64,000 bases of DNA from Takakia lepidozioides (taxonomy: Eukaryota; Plantae; Bryophyta). Positions within the stretch are counted from its first letter, which is position 1. Each line of letters opens with the position of its first letter. The notes under the pieces were generated by a model that worked only from the letters and a program-made list of their open reading frames with translations, did no database searches and was not told the origin of the DNA. Where the stretch lies: positions 35,898,001 through 35,962,000 of the forward strand of contig CM060733.1 of NCBI GenBank assembly GCA_030704615.1. Reading direction: 5' to 3'. Below are positions 36,145 through 49,100 of the stretch, one piece after another. The position numbers were made by a program, and so were the translations under genes.

Positions 36145-36970
36145 GATCTGGATATGTATTAATGCTCAATGGAGGGCCTGTTTCATGGGGTAGTCGCAAA
36201 CAAACTTGTACTGCTACCAGTACAATGGAAGCTGAATATATTGTCGCTCACCTTGCCTGCCAAGAGGTCATCTGGCTCCACCGTCTTTAGCATGACCTGC
36301 GTTATGTTCAAACCGGTCCTACTATCCTGTACAGGGATAATCAGGCTGCCATTCGCCTTGTCCGGAATCCATAAACGGACCAAGCATATTGATGTCAAAT
36401 TCCACAAGATTCGTGAGGCCGAGGCAACTGGGGAGATTCGCATCACATACATCAACACCACATACAATGTGGCTGATGTACTCACCAAGGCTCTCCCCCG
36501 TGACAAATTCTGCCAAATGAAGACTCTGCTTGGCCTTACCGACGTCGTCATCGGTCCATCAACCTCATCCTGAGTGGGAGTGTAGTAGTAATATATCTAG
36601 GTTCTTATACGGTATGAGGTTAGTTGCTCTATACAGGTTCTTGGTATATACAGATTCTTGATATATACAATTTTTGATAAGTTAGGGAACGATTAGTTGT
36701 TACATGCAAGCATCCCTGCCAGGATGCATGAAAGCTTGGCAATGGTGTGACTACCTATATAGTTCAGTGGCAGAGTGCGTACAGATTCTGGAGTTGCAGT
36801 AAGTCAGTGTGTGAGGCAATCACGGAGGCTTTTGCTGTGTAGTGCAATCTGAAATCTACAACTAATACATTCATTTTTATCATTCATGTGAGTCAATGTG
36901 CCTCTTGTGCGAGTGATTGCTTTGCTTAAATATAGACTATCCTTGGAGAAGCATTAAAGGTGTTCACACA
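36145..36970 (+). mobile_element. Ty1/copia 3' part: RNaseH C-terminal half, PPT and 3' LTR (36581-36970)
   Basis: [31 protein letters not shown]...HKRTKHIDVKFH...NVADVLTKAL; PPT GAGTGGGAG at 36572-36580; LTR TGT...ACA. Probably the same element as 7990-11123. Confidence 0.85.
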
Positions 36971-38008
36971 ACTGAGGATCTGACTTGGTACAGTGGTTTC
37001 TAGGAATGGTTACAGATCTATCTTACTGTGAAATGTCTCCTTGAGCACTGGAGGTGGAGAGAGTGACAGCTTGGACATCAGCTAATTGTAGATGCGTCTT
37101 AGGATCTTATCAAAGGATGTAGAAAAAGATTGGGTAGATAAGTCCCCATACTCATGAGCAGAATGTAGCGAAGTTGTAATGAGGTGAGAAGAACTACAAG
37201 ATAGTCTAAGTTACCCCTCACAAATGTCTGCAGCATGCAGGGTTTCTTGACTAAGGGGCCTGGCACAAGAGTGAAAACTCCGAAGCTGTAACATAGTTGC
37301 GTGGGTATTGGCAGTGATTGATCAAAAACGCTTCGTAGGGATTCTTGATTGGGGTTCAAAAGTAATGCAGCCAGATCCAATAAGGGAGGGATTTCCGAAT
37401 TAGCGTTGATGACCTACGATGTAATTAGGGACCACAACATTGATGAACATGACAAAACCATTGGTATCATGAGACCAAGCCAAGTGCACCCCTCCTCGTT
37501 GAGGGCTTTCCAATGGTACCAAGCACCAAGGCTGGGGCCTAGCGGTTTGGGACATCTCAAATCTACAAAACAAAACAATATAAACAACAAATGTCTTGCT
37601 TCATATAGTGATAACTATTGCGTCATATACCTTCGATGTGACATTCTTTGTCTCATATATAGTTGCTAGTTTATCGGGAACCCCATTAGCATTCTAGAAC
37701 TTATAATGAGATGCAAATGATTGTGTCTTAAGCTTGTAATGATACTAGCTTTTGCTTTGATCTTTTTCTTTTCTTTTTCTTTTAATTTTTTTTTTAAATT
37801 TATTAAGAACAGAGGCTGTGGCCCTAGAATTTATTAAAGGAGCATAATGAGATATAAGAGGAAAACATAACCTCTTAGGGGGCGTGAGATCTTTTCTATC
37901 CTATACAGTCTGCCTTGGATAAATGTTACCTCTATAAACATTAAACTACCATAAATGTTAAGAAATTTTTACTCCCCTACTTGTGCACACTGGCAAATGT
38001 TAAGTGTT

Positions 38009-38258
38009 GCACATCGGCTGGTAGCTCAGCTAGTAATTGCATGGTGTGTCGCCCTGGGGATTCGGGGTTCAAACCCGCTGCCCTCCCCGTGTGTAGGATT
38101 GTTCGCGACGGTATGTCTGGGCGTTGATTGTCCTGTAGGCCTCATGGCCCATAAATGAAAAGGGGTTAATCCCCTTCCCCCCCCCCCCCCTTTTTTTCCT
38201 GAAGGGCTTGAATTGTGGGCTGTCGCTCCCAGGTTCCATTTAAAATTAAAATTAAAAT
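38009..38258 (+). mobile_element. tRNA-derived SINE
   Basis: A box TAGCTCAGCTAG, B box GGTTCAAACCC, AT-rich tail; second copy at 43131. Confidence 0.8.
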
Positions 38259-38876
38259 ATTATTTGTTAACGATTGTTTACTCCCCTCTTTTGTTAATTT
38301 GCCCTCCATAAATGGTAAGTGTACCATAAAGGCTTCACCTAAGAGGAGAAAGTAGTATAAGTTCCAACTAGATTATGAGATTCCATCTTAAAACATAACC
38401 AATCAGAAGACCAGAAAGTAAGTGGGAGGAGTAATACTAAAGTGAATAGATGAAGCAAGTGTATATACAACATTTTGAGACTTGATATGGAGGTTAATTC
38501 TGAGATACAACGAATGCATGTTCAACATTTTGAGACTTGACATGCAGGATGTTTCGGAGAGACGAGATCACATAAGTTATGTGGTAGTTGTACCTGCGTT
38601 AGCTATTTTGCAAGTAGATGGTATCGATTGGTCTTTTAGTGATGTAGTTAAAATATTCTTGAAGTACCTATGCAGTTTTCTTTTTGGTTGTGATAGGTAG
38701 GTCCACCCACATATGGTTAGATAGATGTGTTGTACTAATAAGTTAGATATTAGGTGATTAATAAAGATGAAAGACAACTCACAAACAACTTAGAGAGAAT
38801 ATAATATATTACACTTTATTTCATAAGTGTTACTTTCATAATTTATTTGTTAAATGTCACATTCTGTAAATGTTAA

Positions 38877-39700
38877 CCCTTAAGTTCCCAAGCGACCTGA
38901 ATCGGGTCACTTTGAATTTGCAGGGTCGACCTAATTTTTGCAGATCTAATCTGATGGGGCCCACTCCTGAACCTTTGATGACAAGGGATTTGTCTCGAGT
39001 ATGATGCAAAAAACAAAACTTAAAAAAAACAAAAGCTACGACCTACAAAAAATATCTTAGATCTCTCATTTACGTTTCGGGGCCTGAAAAGGGCTTGTTG
39101 ACCGCTGACGTGGCAGTAAACAAGCCCAAAACAGATTGCACTCCAAAGGCCATTTTTGGCAGAAAATTAGCAATTTTGGAAAAAGCACTTCACCATGTGG
39201 TGTGTGAGCATTACATACACACATCCACCATTGGCTTTTAAAAAATTTGTAAAAAAAAAATCACTTCATTTGGAGGCACATTTTCTCTTGTCAATTTTGA
39301 GATTTCAACCCCCATGTAATTGCATGCATAGCAACCATAGGTGAAAAAATCAGTTGGACCTGCAATTTAGTGGGGTCATAGCCACTCCACTATTGATTTG
39401 GAAATGGTGGGTCTTGGGGCAAGCAAAATTGGATAAAGCTGGGTTTTGATTTGGTCAAACCAATTTCTTTCTCACTTTTTTTTTGGGACCTGATATTTGA
39501 GGTCCGGGCCAACACTATAATCTCACAATTTCCACGGTGGACTTGGCTCATTTTTTGGTATGTCATGCATAAATGAGCTGGGCCCATTGCTATAAGGCTG
39601 GAATGTCTGGATAATTTTTGGTAGGTTTCTAGGGGCAATTTACTGCAGTTGGGTACCCAAAATTGGTTAAATGTCAAAAAAGGGCTTGGGAACTTGAGGG
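38877..39700. mobile_element. piggyBac-like MITE 1
   Basis: TTAA on both sides (38873-38876, 39701-39704); 17-bp TIR CCCT(T/C)AAGTTCCCAAGC. Confidence 0.75.
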
Positions 39701-39782
39701 TTAATGTGTTACAACTAACCCCTTCATAAACTATTAATGTGTTAACCTTGTCTAAATGTTATTTTTTTCCTACTCTCGATTG

Positions 39783-40473
39783 TTAACATTTATCTAGGGC
39801 AGACTGTATAGCTTGGTCAACAACAGTGTCTCGTCTTGGGATTGATTCATCAATTACTCCCCATAAATCTTTGTCTAGAGAGAACATCTCCATTCTAAAC
39901 TTCCAAGTTTGATAGTTAGCTCGATTATACCCATCTTCCACTCTCACATCTAATGTATTGTTAACCCCTAAGGGCATGCAGGGCAAGTTTGACAATTTCC
40001 ATAAATGTGACCCCTACGCAGAAAAATCCTTATAAATTGTTGAAAACTTAGAATTGTAAAATTTTGACCGCATATTAGGTGCATACCTACCTGTTATAAG
40101 TGGGGCCAATTCGACCTAAATCCACAAAACACCACTGTTGAATGTGGGGACCAAAATTACCTTTTGTTTTTATGCCGGTGAAAATTGGCTGACGGGATGA
40201 ATCCCAAATGCCTTCACCTTGGTGGGTCCTTCCACCCAACCCAAGAAGAAATTTGAAAATTGGACAAAATTTGGGGTGTTGACATTTGGTCAAACACTAG
40301 TGGGTCAATTTGCAAAATTGGGTGTGCTTTGGAAATGAGCCTGGGAGGGCTGGCAACCGCCGACCCCGCTGAGAGTCGCCAACCCCCCACTGCTTCGACC
40401 GACGATCTTGCCCTAAACCTAAGATCTGGCCAATTCCTCTCACACTGTCTTGCTGACGTGGAGCGCCTTCTCA

Positions 40474-40514
<41 letters not shown>

Positions 40515-40800
40515 GTTAAGATCTCGATCATGTACACCTGTCGTAACATGGCTGGAGGCCCGTTTTCGGGCCGCGTGGGCGCTTAGGGGTTAATACACAT
40601 TTGAGCAGAATTGCTAGAAGTCGACATTATAGCCATGATCAAGTTCTCTGGACTCACCTAGACTAGACGGGCTCTAATAGCATGTTAGAATTGATAGCAA
40701 AAAAAAGATAACATTAAGCTCTTCACCCAACCATAAATAACTATTATACGTGATGATCAACTAGTAGCTTCATCTCGAGCTTCTACATACATGAAGGTTT
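39783..40800 (-). mobile_element. Degenerate Ty1/copia relic (PBS-like site, gag N-terminus), split by piggyBac-like MITE 2
   Basis: Minus-strand TGCTATTAGAGCC (~40670-40682) resembles a tRNA-Met PBS. Gag MAIMST...CIN|NTLDVRV...NYQTWKFRMEM...DLWGVI rejoins in frame across the TTAA. Confidence 0.65.
39965..40589. mobile_element. piggyBac-like MITE 2
   Basis: TTAA at 39961-39964 and 40590-40593; termini CCCCTAAG / CTTAGGGG; removing it restores the copia gag frame. Confidence 0.75.
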
Positions 40801-41160
40801 TACAACATTTAGATCTCTATGTTTTATGTAGTCATTTCTAGTCACTTCCACTTCCTACAATGATGTCCATTTACCTTCCAACCATTCACTTTCTGACGGT
40901 GAGTTGAATTAGTCATTTACTTTTCTAGAAGTTTCAGATATGTTTAACTACTTCCAATATTGACAACACTACATATCTATTTTGTCTTGGAGATTGCACA
41001 CTTTTCATGCTCATAATGTTTAAAACTCTACCTTTGTGTATGTTTATTGTTGGCTCCTCTTTATTCTAAAGAGGAGACTACGCAACGTCAGTGTCAAAAA
41101 TCGCTAAGCCTCTGTTGTGCCTTCCCCAGGTGTCACCTCAGCTTCTTTGTTGGAAACTAC

Positions 41161-41773
41161 CACTGTTGGACTGGTATACCTGGTTGAACCTAGGTATGGA
41201 ATACAGGTATGAATATATATATTGAAGAACATACCAGTCAGGTATGAAAGAACCAGTGTACCCATGTGATACACATACTGGGGGAGTATGGCTTTGGGAT
41301 TCCCCCCATACCATACCAGTCTGGGTATATGGAGGAATAGCATGGTCCCGATACCAATATTGCCGTGAGTTCATGGCGAATGGAGGTAGGTATGAGTATA
41401 TGTTATTGCAACTAGTTATACCCTGTACTACAATGTGGTTAATTCAAGGCTCCATGTTGCAATTTAGACTTCATTTGCTGTTTTATGTTACTTTGGGTTA
41501 CCTTTGCCTAGTGTTTCACGTCTTGGATTAAAATTAGCTATGTGCTAAATGACATTTATTTCTATGTATGGTGAGCTGTAGAAATACCATACCAGTGCTC
41601 ATACCCCCCCCCCCCCCCCCCCATTATCACTACAGAGAAAGGGAAATACCAATACCATACTCATATACAGCCCAAAGTACAACTACTCATACCAGATTCA
41701 TACCCAAGTTGCTCATATTAGTATAGATACCTATACCAGCCTGGTATGAAATGGACATACCAGTACAACACTC
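41161..41773. mobile_element. hAT-like MITE
   Basis: Imperfect 17-bp TIR (CACTGTTGGACTGGTAT / ATACCAGTACAACACTC); 8-bp TSD GAAACTAC/CAAACTAC; GGTATG/CATACC subterminal repeats. Confidence 0.75.
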
Positions 41774-43130
41774 CAAACTACTTCTTGTGTAGGTAACACC
41801 TCCCTTAGGTAACATCTCTCTTATTGAACGTTTCTGAAGAATAATTTGATGATTTTCTCAAGTTTATTATGGATGAAAGTAGAGTATACTGTTCACAAAG
41901 AGGAGCCGCCATACGCCACTAGCCGCTTGTTATGATAATTTCTTTTAAGGATAACAATACATACGCTTCATACTTTCCATTTTGTATACTGGAGGCCTAG
42001 AGGCATTAGAGACCGTCGCATTGGAGGCCATCGCTGATGTAATCAAGATGCAACTTCCTTTTGTCACACAAACTTATACACCCTGTAGTTCTTTCCACAA
42101 CACCTGCTAAAGCTTCTTCTTCTGTCATCCCTCCTTTCCACACTTGCTAATGCTTCTTCTTCTCTCATCCCCGGAAGAGCTCTTCCCTGCCCCCGCCATC
42201 GCTACGAAAAGCAGGTGGTGTTGCCCATAATTGCTTATCCATAATTTCTCATCCATCCATAATTGGGCTACATGCGCAGCAAGGGAGCACTTGGAAAGCG
42301 TTGATTTTGACTTTAGATACAAATCACTATGGCCGCCTGACCATCAAGACTGCTCGCGCTTGGCCCCCCACACTTTGTCTTGGCCTACGTAAGCAGCCCA
42401 TCGTGTAGCTTCTCCCTATACTACTTTTTTGTATATCACAGCCAGTGCGGTTTGGTGCAGTTTCTCAAACCTAAATTAAAATGAGTAAAACATGCGGGAT
42501 TAGGTCGGGTTTAGACTGCGCCGAAACGCGCAGCTAAAATGCGATGGTGGTCAATGATTGGACAAATTTCAGGTTTTGGCCGGTGGATAGTTTAGCCATG
42601 GCCGATCAATGAAAAACTCCCAATCTAGGTGGCACTGCTGGATGCATATGTGCACTTTTGAGCGGCCAAAAGTGAGAACAAGCTTTTAGCTCATCCCAAG
42701 AATGGTCAAGCGGCCAAAAGGTTTCGCCGACGTTTTGCCAAGTGGTTACCAGTGTTGTGCGGGTATATTGATTTCAATATACCCTTAGGGTATAAGCAAG
42801 TTATTTTTGTCAAATCATTTACCCTCCGGGTATGGATAAATTGAAATCTCAAAAAATTATTTACCCTCCAGGTATAGGTAAATTAACTTTTCAGATTTCT
42901 ATATAACCCCCGGGTATGGATATGTATGCCAAAATATACCCTGAGGGTATGAATAGTTTCCGGGTATGGATAGGTATTTCCATTAATGTATAATTTAATG
43001 GTTTTAAAGAATATATGATGTTCTTCAATATGTACAAAACACAAAAAAAAGAAAATTGGTAAGATATTGCATAATATTTTGGTGTTAATTTCCAATGCAA
43101 GATGGAGGAGGTTTGAGATTTAAAAAAAAA

Positions 43131-43350
43131 GCACATCGGCTGGTAAGTGCACACTGTGTCACTCAGGTGTTTCGGGGTTCGAACCCGCTGCCCTGCCCCG
43201 TGTGTGGGATTGTTCGTGTGACGATATGTCTGGTCGTTGATCGTCCCGTAGGTCTCATGGCCCATACATGAAAGGGGGTTAATCTTTCCCCCTCCTCAAG
43301 GGCCTGAATTGTGGGCTGTCGCTCCCATATTTCCTTAAATAAATAAAAAC
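43131..43350 (+). mobile_element. tRNA-derived SINE (same family as 38009; A box partly deleted)
   Basis: B box GGTTCGAACCC; body aligns with 38009-38240. Confidence 0.8.
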
Positions 43351-43446
43351 CCCTCAAGGACCTAAATTGTGGGCTGTCAAGTTTCCTTTTATGTATATAT
43401 ATATGCGAGATCTAAAGAGGTATTGTTTGGGTTATATGACATTTAA

Positions 43447-44459
43447 CCCCTAAACGACGAGCCGACCCGAATCGGGTATGCCCAATTTTTCATCCATCTG
43501 TAGCATGCATGGATGAAGACCGATGAACGAGCGGCTTGAACAAAAAATGTAGCGCGGAACGAGCTGCACACGCAGGTCTTTATGGCGCCCCCAACAGAGA
43601 AAAACTCCGCCGTCAGTAATTTTTTGAAGTTTGGAAATTGCAGGATTTTGGGTGGAGGGGGGGGGGGGGGGGGGGCAAGTTGACCGTCGACGTGGCAGGT
43701 GGTAGCGGCCACGCGGGTGGGATTTGGGTAATGCAGGGGGTGGAGTCGGGGGCTTGTGAGGCCCTCCCCAAAACGCTGACGAACATGGGGACGGCTCGAA
43801 TGAGCTGGCCCTGCCAAATAATGGGAAACCTCGACATGGCCCGGAAAACGTCACCAGATTCAGGCGAAATTCCGGCCACCGATTGCCTGACCTAGAGGAG
43901 GCCAGACACAAAATCCCACATCCCAAATGCAATTTAGGGAATTTTTGGGAAATTCTTGGGCAGGCTTGTGTAGTTCTTGGCCTATGAGGGACTGACCGTT
44001 GGAATTCCCAAATGAAGGAGAATTTGGGGTCCCAATGGGGCCTATATCATTTCCTTTGCAAATTCTCTTTTTGGACCCCCATTCCAATCACATACAAAGC
44101 ACCCCCCCTTTCATTTTGACAGATTGGGGTGAAATTTGATGTGAGGGTTTGGGATTGTGCACTTCAACGGAATATAGCACTTTTTCTCCCAAGAAAATTT
44201 GGGATCATGGATAATTTGCTTGGTCAAACATGAACTTTTGCTTTGTTTTTTCCATTTTCAAAAAAGTGCACCGTCTTCAAATGTTATAATCTCCCAAACT
44301 ACACAGTGGAATCTCCCTAAATTTGGGGGGCTTGTGCATCTTGTAGGTAGGAAGCAGTTTGTACGGTTCATCCACGTGGATGAACGTTGGTGGGCAGGTA
44401 GCCGCTGACGTGTGAGGGTGGGTCCCGGAATTGTCAAAAACACCTCTCGTCTTTAGGGG
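43447..44459. mobile_element. piggyBac-like MITE 3
   Basis: TTAA at 43443-43446 and 44460-44463; TIR CCCCTAAA(C)GACGAG. Confidence 0.75.
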
Positions 44460-46112
44460 TTAAGGAATGATATATATGTAACATTTGTTTTAGCTGTGAT
44501 TGGAGCTTTCTTATAGCTCAAGGCTCCCCAACAACACAACAAAAAGAGAAAAGACTTAGCACATAAAGGCTATGAAGGCACGTAAAGGCCCTTATATACC
44601 CTGATTAGATATACCCTTCATTTTAACATATACCCTTCAGGAAAGTAGGGTATATTGAGGGTCTTGATGCAGGGTAAATATAAGGATAAGGGTATATCAT
44701 AAAAATATACCCTGAAATAAGGGTATACATCTGGGTACCTGAACTTGCCACTCCGGGGTATATATATATCAATATACCCTGATATGTGGTTACGTTTCCT
44801 GCGATGGAGATGGAGTGCAAGTCGTGGAGTCCGCGATGGAGGCTGTCCGATCGTTGGAGTCCACATTTTAGCCTATCGACACTTTAGACACGTTTCATTT
44901 CAGCCTCCCAACAAGCGCCTGAGATGAGCGGCCAAAACGATTTTGGCCGCTCATATCATATGTCTAAACCCCGTCCTTAGAGTCAAGAACTAACTTGACA
45001 CCAAAAGCATGGGATAGTTGTAACAAGGACTTTCTTTTTGATACTCATGCGTAATCAAGAGTCAATAAAAGTTTAAGTGGATACATGTCCTAATGAAAAC
45101 TCATTGATCAATGACTATTCACAATAATGAATCCGATATCTCTGAAGATATCATTTATCTAAAGTATTTCTTCAGGTTCACAAATTAACCCCTTTTCTGT
45201 GAAGCGAATTTTAGCCACCCATTATAGCTGTCCTAAGAGTTCTCCCCGATTGTTTTGCCTTATGGGCGATTGCTCCCCTCTTTGAGTAACATGCCGTCCA
45301 TTCTTCATTTACTTAAAAAAAACAAAAACAAAAAATTATAGCCTGGATATTTTCTCCATAAATGTTAAGTATTATGTGTTACTTCTTTTGCTCTCTCCTT
45401 AATTGACCCGGAGCGAGTGTTATTTTTCTTACATAGTTAGATCACAGGACAACCTAGGGTTATATCAACCAAACTTGTTTGCTATCTAGAGGAAATCTTG
45501 TCAACCCAAAGACTGCCATTTACGGCCATCAACTATCAAGAGAAAAATCAGAGCCTGATATTGACCATCAAGCGCATGCACACACACCCACACACACACA
45601 CGAGATGAAGATCTACTTACAAGACCCACTGCACAATAGAAGCCCTCCAGGTAGAGCTTCTGCACCAGAGCACAATCCTGACAAGTTGTCACCTCTCCAC
45701 TATGTAAAATATCTCCAGCTATAGAGAAATCTTACACATAAATCGGGAGGGAATCTTGTCAACCAAGAAGACTGCTGCTTACAGCCTTCAACCGTCAAGA
45801 GGAAAATCAGAGCCTGATACTGAAGATCGAGTATTAGGTTTTTGGCAGCAGCTTGAAAATCTGTTTGGCCGAGCATGAAAATGACTCTCTCTCACCTGTC
45901 ACACGAATCTTAACTCTCTAAACTCCACCCTCACACCTGCCTTTTGAATTTGTGTGGTGATAAAATCATGACTGACCATTGACCTTTGACCACTGAGCAT
46001 TAGCTCTTAATAAGCAATAGATAGGTTTGCCAAATGACTTCCAGCGGAGGTTAATTAACAGGTTTAAGTGGGCTATTCACAGATGTATAACTTGCACTGG
46101 ACTGTACATGCA

Positions 46113-49100
46113 TCAATCCCTGGCTGGGGGAGAGGAGATTGGGGACTCTGCTTTTACTATCCCGAATCCTTTGTTGAAATGGTGGTCATGGTCATACTCC
46201 TGATAATAAACAGGTTCCCCATTGACAGTATATGAATCAAGAACCATGGATCGAGGGCCTGCCAAGCTCAACCAAACCTGCCCAACATCCACCAAATTGT
46301 CCCCAGAACCTCATTAGCTTGGTAGGCAAGTAGCATTCAGATTATAGGCAGCGTGCCGATAAAAACCCCACCCGAGGTGAATTATGAGGATATGAGGGGA
46401 AGGCCACTCTCAATGCCGAAGCCTTGCTCCGGTAAGAGTGGCAAAAACTTACCTCAACAACTTACATATCCTTCATGCAATCATTGACAGCAATTTAAAT
46501 GTGAGCCCTCACTTATGATTTGCGAGGGACATGGTAGTTAAAGGGGAGATGATACGAACCGGTAGGAAGACAAGGCCATGAAGAGCACCCAGTAGCACAA
46601 GCCCCAGATACATTCGGAAAAAGTACACCTATCACCCACCAACACAGCACCATACTTTACTACAGGATCAGTCCAAGACGAACGCCATAGAAGACTGACC
46701 AATCTGATGCTGGATGGGCTCACACCAGGGGTGGCCATCTCAGTAGCTTATTGCAAATTGTACATGGATTCTTTAAGCATGAATTTCGTGGAAACCCCTA
46801 CCAAATCCAAACTAAAAACATATCCCACTACAGCTGGACAGAAAGATAACCTACAGAAAATGAGTGTCAATAGGTTGAAATAAAAATAATTATTCCACAA
46901 GCTCACTGGAATCACCAACCTCAAAAACTTCAGACCGTGAAAAGTAGAGAACCAAAACGCCTGCAAATTTAGTGAGTGTGATTCCACTGCCACAAAGCAC
47001 CACGCAGGTGATGAGTAACTCTGAATAGCTAATCATGTAGTGAATACCCCCAGAGGTATGCTTTTCCACACGGCTTCATAAACTCCACATCTAGTAATAG
47101 GAGAGTCACAGGACACCGACAAGTGAGATGAGAGGAGGGAGCAAAGGAGACCCAGAAAGTGAAAGAGAAGGATGGGGCAGCCAGTTATTTATGATTGCTG
47201 GAGTCTACATGTAGGAAGCTAAGGAAGAGCAGCCAGTGTTTACATGACATGACACCATGCCAGGCATGTATTAGAGGGATGTGGGTGGTGACAGCTTTTC
47301 AAGAAGTACATGTCACAGCTTCGCCATAGCCTCATCAAGAATCAACTCTATAAATAATATTTGCAAAATCTAGGAAAAGAATACCTAAACACCGAGGCTC
47401 CCATTGTTATGAGAGCTTTGGTTGCGCGCTCGGCCCTATACCCTGTGGACATCTGCACATTCAAACCAACATAATACCCAGAACACACTACAGCATTCGT
47501 TAAAATTGACAAGCTTACACTGGGGATAGGCACTTAGAAATGGAGAAGACCAAAAGCCAGCAGCAAAAGAGAATAACTAGAATCCTAGACAGGAGCCTTG
47601 ACCTCTTCCACTTTCATGGTTTACTGTAGTTCTACTGTGTGTGCTTAGCCTCCTGTAGCCATCACCTCTTTCTCCCTGCCTCCCCCCACATACAGGAACC
47701 CCACGTACAGAAACAGAGACCCTTGTCTACTCGAAAATTATCTGATGGGGTGGAGCTTACTGTGAACGCATGAGTGATGTGCACACAAAACTCCACTGCG
47801 ATTCCGATAGACATGACGAGATTCACAACAGAGATGGCATTGAGCTGTATGTTCCATACAACCATGAGGCCCTGCATCACCACCACACCACAACTCATAA
47901 TCCATTATGTAACTTCCCAGCAATCCAAGAACAACAGCATTGCTCACAAGGGAGAGATTCATTTGCAGTGAAATAGTTCCATCCACCAGCAGTCTACTTA
48001 TCCAAAAATTGGAAACTTCCACAATTGAAGCTCTTACAACTACAGCCAGTAATCATACGAGAGTGCTAACTGAAACCTAGTTTCTGAACCTTGTGCACGA
48101 AAAGGACTGTAACATATGTGATTGCTTGCATCTGCTTGTGTACCAAGCATACAATGCATGGTTGATGCTCTTCTATCTTGGAGAATGTACATGTAGTACC
48201 ACATCATCCTCTAGAGTTCTGCCGTGCCTAAAACACTTATGCATAAGAATGTTAGGTACTGGTAACAGTAAATAGCACTCACCAGAAGGTCTACAACAAT
48301 CATTGAGATCACCAATGTGATCGTGGCTGCGGTCCAGATACTGCAGAAGAAATGCATTTCAAAACCCAAGAAAGAAAATGCCAAAAAGCTACATCTACAC
48401 ATGTACAAGATTAACTGCCTCAAGTTAAAGTTTAGAACCATAAAAGCAACTGCTCCTGTGCACATCACGTAGACAATTCATCATTCTCCAGACCAGGCAT
48501 ATTCCTATCCCACATACTGCCATTTGTCAAATGGAATACTTCTTTGTCTTCCAACAACCATTAAGTTGGCAGTGGGACAACGGACCTGCTGGTAATAATA
48601 AGACACACCCCAAATACTGCAGCTGCACCATTGCAGGAACAGAGACATAACAATCATTGAGTTAGTATGCAAGCTATCAGAGGTCCTGGAGATCACATCC
48701 AGAGATAGAAGAACTCTGAGTCCTCCTTTTTGATGGTTTGACAGTATGAATAACCTTATGCTAAAAGAGCCAACAGTTTTTTTAACTTCCAGTAACTCAG
48801 TGTGAACAAGAAGGCACATGAGAAGCCACTAATTTATCTTTGAGAATTCTTTGAATTCTAAGCAACAAACAAAGAAAAATTAAAAAAGGAAATAATTTAT
48901 AAAAAGAAATATAGATCTATTTTTTTGGCTGGCCTTGCAAATGCCTGCCTGTCAGGACACGCAACTCAAAAAATGTCAAGCTATCCCAGCTGTATACTCA
49001 CCCTTAATCTGCTTACTCAGATACTGAACATAGGGGGTCAAAAGGTGTTAGTCAGCTCCTAGACCCACCATCCAGCCGTCGCTGATCTGGTTGTTGTTTG

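Larger units (their letters stand above)
42750..44785. mobile_element. hAT-like non-autonomous element (right TIR eroded)
   Basis: 8-bp TSD GTGGTTAC at 42742-42749 and 44786-44793; left TIR CAGTGTTGTGCGGGTATATTG; TACCC/GGGTA subterminal arrays at both ends. Confidence 0.8.
42503..44976. mobile_element. PIF/Harbinger (Tourist-like) MITE hosting nested elements
   Basis: TIRs GGTCGGGTTTAGAC / GTCTAAACCCCGTCC; TTA TSD at 42500-42502 and 44977-44979. Confidence 0.7.

Noticed and set aside
36971-37600. Possible decayed coding sequence after the copia LTR (continuation of the DUF2921 gene?)
   Set aside because: Many stops in the frames examined and no motif I could assign with confidence.
38009-38080. 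tRNA gene (also 43131 and 59982)
   Set aside because: A/B boxes are present but there is no complete cloverleaf; for 38009/43131 a shared downstream body and AT tail indicate SINEs.
41628-41645. CACTACAGAGAAAGGG resembling another CACTA terminus
   Set aside because: It lies inside an hAT-like MITE with no GCGAC subterminal repeats or partner end.
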